A stretch of DNA of 62,245 nt, the filler included, from Vannella sp. (taxonomy: Eukaryota): assembly GCA_023345925.1 (NCBI GenBank). It is 6 parts of 6 records of this genome, joined end to end, with 100 filler letters (N's around TTAATTAATTAA, not from the genome) between each part and the next. Parts side by side here need not be neighbours in the genome. Positions count along the whole stretch, not along the records: positions 54,242 to 62,245 come from JAJQQN010000235.1; 5 more parts are not named here. The stretch is one strand, 5' to 3'. Positions 58,046-62,245 of the stretch are shown in pieces. Position 1 is the first letter of the stretch; each line of letters opens with the position of its first letter. The translations under genes were made by a program, and so were the position numbers. The notes beneath the pieces were generated by a model. The model was given only the letters and a program-made list of their open reading frames with translations. It had not been told where the DNA came from and did no database searches.

Positions 58046-59049
58046 ATGAGCGTACTTGAAGTGGTGGGGGTTTTGGCTGACCTCACCCGCCTTTACTGGG
58101 TGCTGGGGCTTCTGATCTACTCCGCCAAGTTTGTATCACCTACCTTTGATTCGATTACATCGTACGGGAAGCTGGTGCCCGCAGGGAAGCGTAGTGTACC
58201 GCACTTCTTCGCTTGGCGTTCTTTCTACGTCGTGGGATCAGCGTGTAACGCTGCTGTGATCGCCTTTGAGTGCTACTTGGTATGATGTCCAGTAGTACAT
58301 CTCATCTACAGTGCGAGAGAGCTGATTCGCTGTTAGGACTGGACAAATCAGGTCCCTCTCTCCAATGCTCTCCCTTTCTCCCTCCTTCTCCAGGTTCACG
58401 TGATGAGAAGAGCCTATGAATGCTTCTTCATCCACTCCTTTAGTGAGCAGCACATGTCTCTGTTCCAATTCATCTCTGGTAGGGCTCCCTTTCGATGTTC
58501 TGGACTGAAACATGACCATGCCAGGTCTGACCTACTACGGAGGAGCTTCTTTCTGCGCAATGGAGCTCTTAGAAGGTGTATCCCATCAGAGTAGTACCCA
58601 TGGCTACCAGATCATCGCTCTGCTAGTCTTTGTAGTGGCAAAGTAAGGAGGACGAGAAAGCACATTAGTCAATTCTCCTTTTGACATTCGCAAAGCGGGA
58701 TTCAGCATCTTTCTCACAGGCAATTAGCAGCTTTGAGAGTTCATTCCAAGGATAGGGAATACTTTGTACCGAAAGGGCGCCTCTTCCAAGTGATATCGTG
58801 TCCGCACTATCTGGCGGAGATTCTCATTTACTTCTCCTTGTTGGCGGTTGTTCGTGGGGAAAGCATCTCTCTTTGGTAAGTATGGGGCTGTGCTATTTTG
58901 CCTCGGTTGTTTACAGAGAGTCCAGGCTGGAGCTTGTCTTTGTCGTGACCAACATTGGGCACAGCGCCCTTCGCACTCATCATTGGTATCGGACCCGCTT
59001 CCCCGATTACCCTCCTTCTCGGCGAGCGATCCTTCCCTTCCTCTTGTAA
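58046..59049 (+). CDS. SRD5A3: Polyprenol (polyprenal) reductase SRD5A3/DFG10 (multi-exon)
   Basis: SYGKL...VPH..FYVVG, RRAYECFFIH...HM, YFVPKGRLFQVISCPHYLAEILIY and ALRTHHWYRTRFPDYPPSRRAILPFLL. Confidence 0.88.
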
Positions 59050-59639
59050 ATAGAATCACCATCTCTTGGATCCTTCGTCGCTGAATCTCTTTCCATTGGG
59101 TCTGAAAGTGACTTCCCACTAACCACATTCCTGCGCCAGATGAAAGTCGCAATTTGAGTTATGTCGCACACTCGCACTTGTGATCAAATGAGATCGCAAC
59201 AGAGCTGGCAGGTTCCAAGAGTTCTCTCTTAGGTATCGCCCTTACAAGAGGAAGCAGAAGAACCGTGTCAGAGAAACGGGTCCGATACCAATTCTTGGTG
59301 ACTTTGACTCTCCTCTGTCACGCAGTTTGATTGTCCGAATCTGTATCAGTATGAATCAAGTGGTACTCTGTCGCTAAACGCATCTGCAGAGAGAAAAGTC
59401 AATCTCGAAACACCATTAATGGAATCTGAGAAGGTACTTTGTACTTCCCAAGCGTCGTTACTCGATGCCAAGCACATTCAAAGGTGAGGTTGGTCTGTGT
59501 GTCTGTGTGAGATGAGTTGGAGTGAGGTAGAACTCTGTTTATCAGCGGAGCGAGGGGCGAGAGAGGGAAGAATGGCGAACGGGAGCAAGCGGAAGAGCGT
59601 TGGGATTACCATAAACTCACAGCATGAGCCAAAGAAAGC

Positions 59640-61375
59640 TTAGTGGCGAACTACCTTCGAGGCTGGCTCACCACCATCAGGATAGCGCCGTTTGGTGGCT
59701 CCTCCGCTCGCCAATTGGTTCAGTTGGTGCTGTACTTCACGGCTGGCCTGCCAAAACTGTTTGGGATCAGAACTGGTAGACTCCACGTACTCAAGATACT
59801 GCATCCACAGACTTGAGCGCTCTGCAAGTGGCAGGGACTCATTCTCTGCTGCCTCTCGATAGGCCATCTCCACAGAGCTCTGATCTGCACCAGAACGGTA
59901 AGTAAGATGAAGAGAAGAGGTTGGGGACAAGCATAGCTACCTCCGAAGCGCCGTTCGTACTGCAAACGAGCAGATTGGAGCGATCGCTCTGCCGGGAGCC
60001 TCTGTTGGCCCTCGATGAAGGCCTGGCGACCTGAAGCTACATCCTGGCACGCAGTAGCACAGTACTGAGCGTAAGCTACAGTGAGGAAGACAAGAGCCTG
60101 CTGGGTATCCTTCAAGAGGAGCAAAGCCTCAGCAAATACACCCTTGCCTGCCTCTGCCTTGCCCTGACGGCGACAGAACTGAGCAAACGACACCACAGCC
60201 TGAAGATGAGCGGGAGCAAGGGCCAGCAGGAGCCGGTAGAGCTCTTCCGCATGAGCAGCCGCCCCCGTGGACTCTTCAAAAAGAGCGAATTCGAGGTGAA
60301 TGGAAGGCTGGCGCTTAAGATGAAGGGTTATCGCACGGTTGTAGATCGCACGCGCTGCTTCAGACTTGTCTTGACGCTCCCAGAAGGCTGTGTAGCGAGA
60401 CCACATCTCAGGGTAGTTGCTCTGGACCACCAGGCGTCAGTAGAAGGCGAAGGGTGAGAGTATGCTTACACAGGTGATGATACAGCGCTCGTAGAGCTGG
60501 ACAATGCGAGCCTCATTGCCCTCTGCCTCCTCAAAAGAGAGATAAGAGTGCCACACTTGAAGATCGTTGTCGCTCATTGGCGCGTAGTGGAAGTACGTGC
60601 GCTTCTGTACTTCGTTCTCCCATGGAGCTCGCTTGACAAGCTCTTGCTGGCTGGTCTGGAAGATGGCTTGGAAGTGGGCGATGTACTGTACTCGCTTGTC
60701 TGGCAGACTTGTACCATCTGCATAAGGTATAGAAGAGAGCTCTGGTTCTGGCCGTGCGTTGGCGAACTGCTGGAAGCGAGGGAACAAGGTTTCCACCCGG
60801 ACCATGGGAATGGCGAGAGCCCTCTCGAACAGGCCCAGGCAACCGCTGGCGTCGTTCTCGCTCTGCCATTGGATGTACTTGTCCCATATCTTGAGCGAGT
60901 TCCAGTCCAATCGGACCCTCTCCAGCGCCCTCTCGAACAGTCTGGGTTTCGAGTCAGGGATCGGGAAGGGAGGATGAAAGGACTCACGCTGCTTTGTCTG
61001 CGGTATTGATAGTAGTAGCTCGTGTGGTGGCATAGGAGCAGTAGTACTCCCACATCTCCACGCAGAAGGGGATGCCATTGGCGCTGACAGAGCGCTCAAA
61101 GACCGCAACACATGACTCGTGGCCTGTCTGGTTGAGCTCATACTCTGCATACCGGTTCCAATAGACGTAGCAGAGAGGGTACTCTGCCAAGAAGGCGTCA
61201 AACACTTCCCTAATCTGTCGGATGTCCTACCCAAGGTCAGCTTACCCAACGGTCACTCCCCTCAGGAGCCCTATCCCACCTGGTGTTGCTCCGCCGCAGT
61301 TATCAGAGCTGTCCAACCATTAAAGTCTTCCGGTGAAGCCTGCACGTGTTGCAGCCGAGCGGCAATGCTGGTCAT
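59640..61375 (-). CDS. PRPF39: Pre-mRNA-processing factor 39 (HAT repeats, multi-exon)
   Basis: PEDFNGWTALI, FDAFLAEYPLCYVYWNRYAEYE, LFERALERVRLDWNSLKIWDKYIQW, KRTYFH...QVWHSYLSFE...LYERCII and YPEMWSRY. Confidence 0.92.
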
Positions 61376-62245
61376 CCCCCAAAGTCCCCAACAAATGAAT
61401 TAAAATCGATACCTTTGCAACAACCTCAAATCGTTCGAGTTCAACATGATTTAATAGAATGATCCAACGCGGGTTTTGCCTGTTTGACTGTTTTCGAATG
61501 GAATAAGAGGGTTTAGGGTTTAGTGGCATCTCATGAGATTTTCATCCACTCGCCACCTCGTTGGTATTCTGATTGCCGTGTTTGGCAGTGTTGTCACGCT
61601 TTGATCTCTTGGATGCAATCGCATGTTGAGGCCTTTCCTTCTTTATGGCTTCGTTTATCCAGTCACCACGTATCCTGAACCATTCACTTGTTCCAAGTGT
61701 ACTAGAGTTTCCAGCATACTTGTTGTGTCTCATTCTCGAAGCGACTCCTCAACACTGCCGGCTCCGCAAATTTCCCTTAAAACAGACTCTATTCACCCCA
61801 AATTGTATCTAGCATACGTATCTGATAGTTTATTCACACCGTTCATGAACCCCGTATTCACGCCAATATTGGCATGAAAACAGTCTGTTTCAAGCTGTCT
61901 CTTACTTAGGTGGGCCTGCCGAGCTCCCACTATCTCACTTTATGTTCGAACGACATATCGAGACCGCGTCGCCCATCTCTTAGCCATCCCCACAGGACTC
62001 CGCAGATAGCTCTTCAACACGATGAATAGGCCATGTTCGTAGACAAGGATGCGCCATCACTCACCCGTTGGTTGTGAAAGTGGAGTGAATGGGTCATCTT
62101 CACGAAAGAATGAAATCTTCTCATTTCTTGTGCTTTAATAGTGTAAATTACAATACACCAACATGACAAAGCAAAGAAGTGGCTTCGGTCACTTTTTGGT
62201 CTTTGTTCGTATCATCTTCAGAAATTGTGACTTGGGAAAAGTCAC

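Overview
Eukaryotic nuclear DNA, not prokaryotic. It is six unrelated contigs (1-13621, 13722-24110, 24211-39146, 39247-47511, 47612-54141, 54242-62245) joined by artificial 100-nt spacers (44 N + TTAATTAATTAA + 44 N). The genome is very gene-dense, uses the standard genetic code and has short (about 40-70 nt) GT-AG introns. The actin C-terminus, gene content and Rho/Ras regulator architectures suggest a free-living protist, probably Amoebozoa (inference). About 33 protein genes and one intron-containing tRNA-Tyr are recognisable. They include Notum/pectin-acetylesterase, SLC25A17, RAD23, an importin, RasGAP, EPG5, a THUMP methyltransferase, two Amt transporters, a TEP1/p80-type TROVE protein, RAD52, METAP1, INTS7, SENP8, HMG-CoA synthase, DJ-1, SRD5A3 and PRPF39. 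I found no clearly demonstrable new system. The best leads are: (i) a TEP1-like TROVE gene with a possible structured small RNA just upstream; (ii) a perfect 19-bp inverted-repeat hairpin between SENP8 and HMG-CoA synthase (miRNA-like precursor or MITE); (iii) a HAD_SAK-type phosphatase ending in a CaaX box; (iv) a large mosaic single-pass receptor with YxxP and SH3-ligand motifs; (v) a decayed kinase-like pseudogene; (vi) branch-point-defined 3' splice sites. All family calls come from motif recognition by eye, with no database searches. Exon boundaries are manual predictions.
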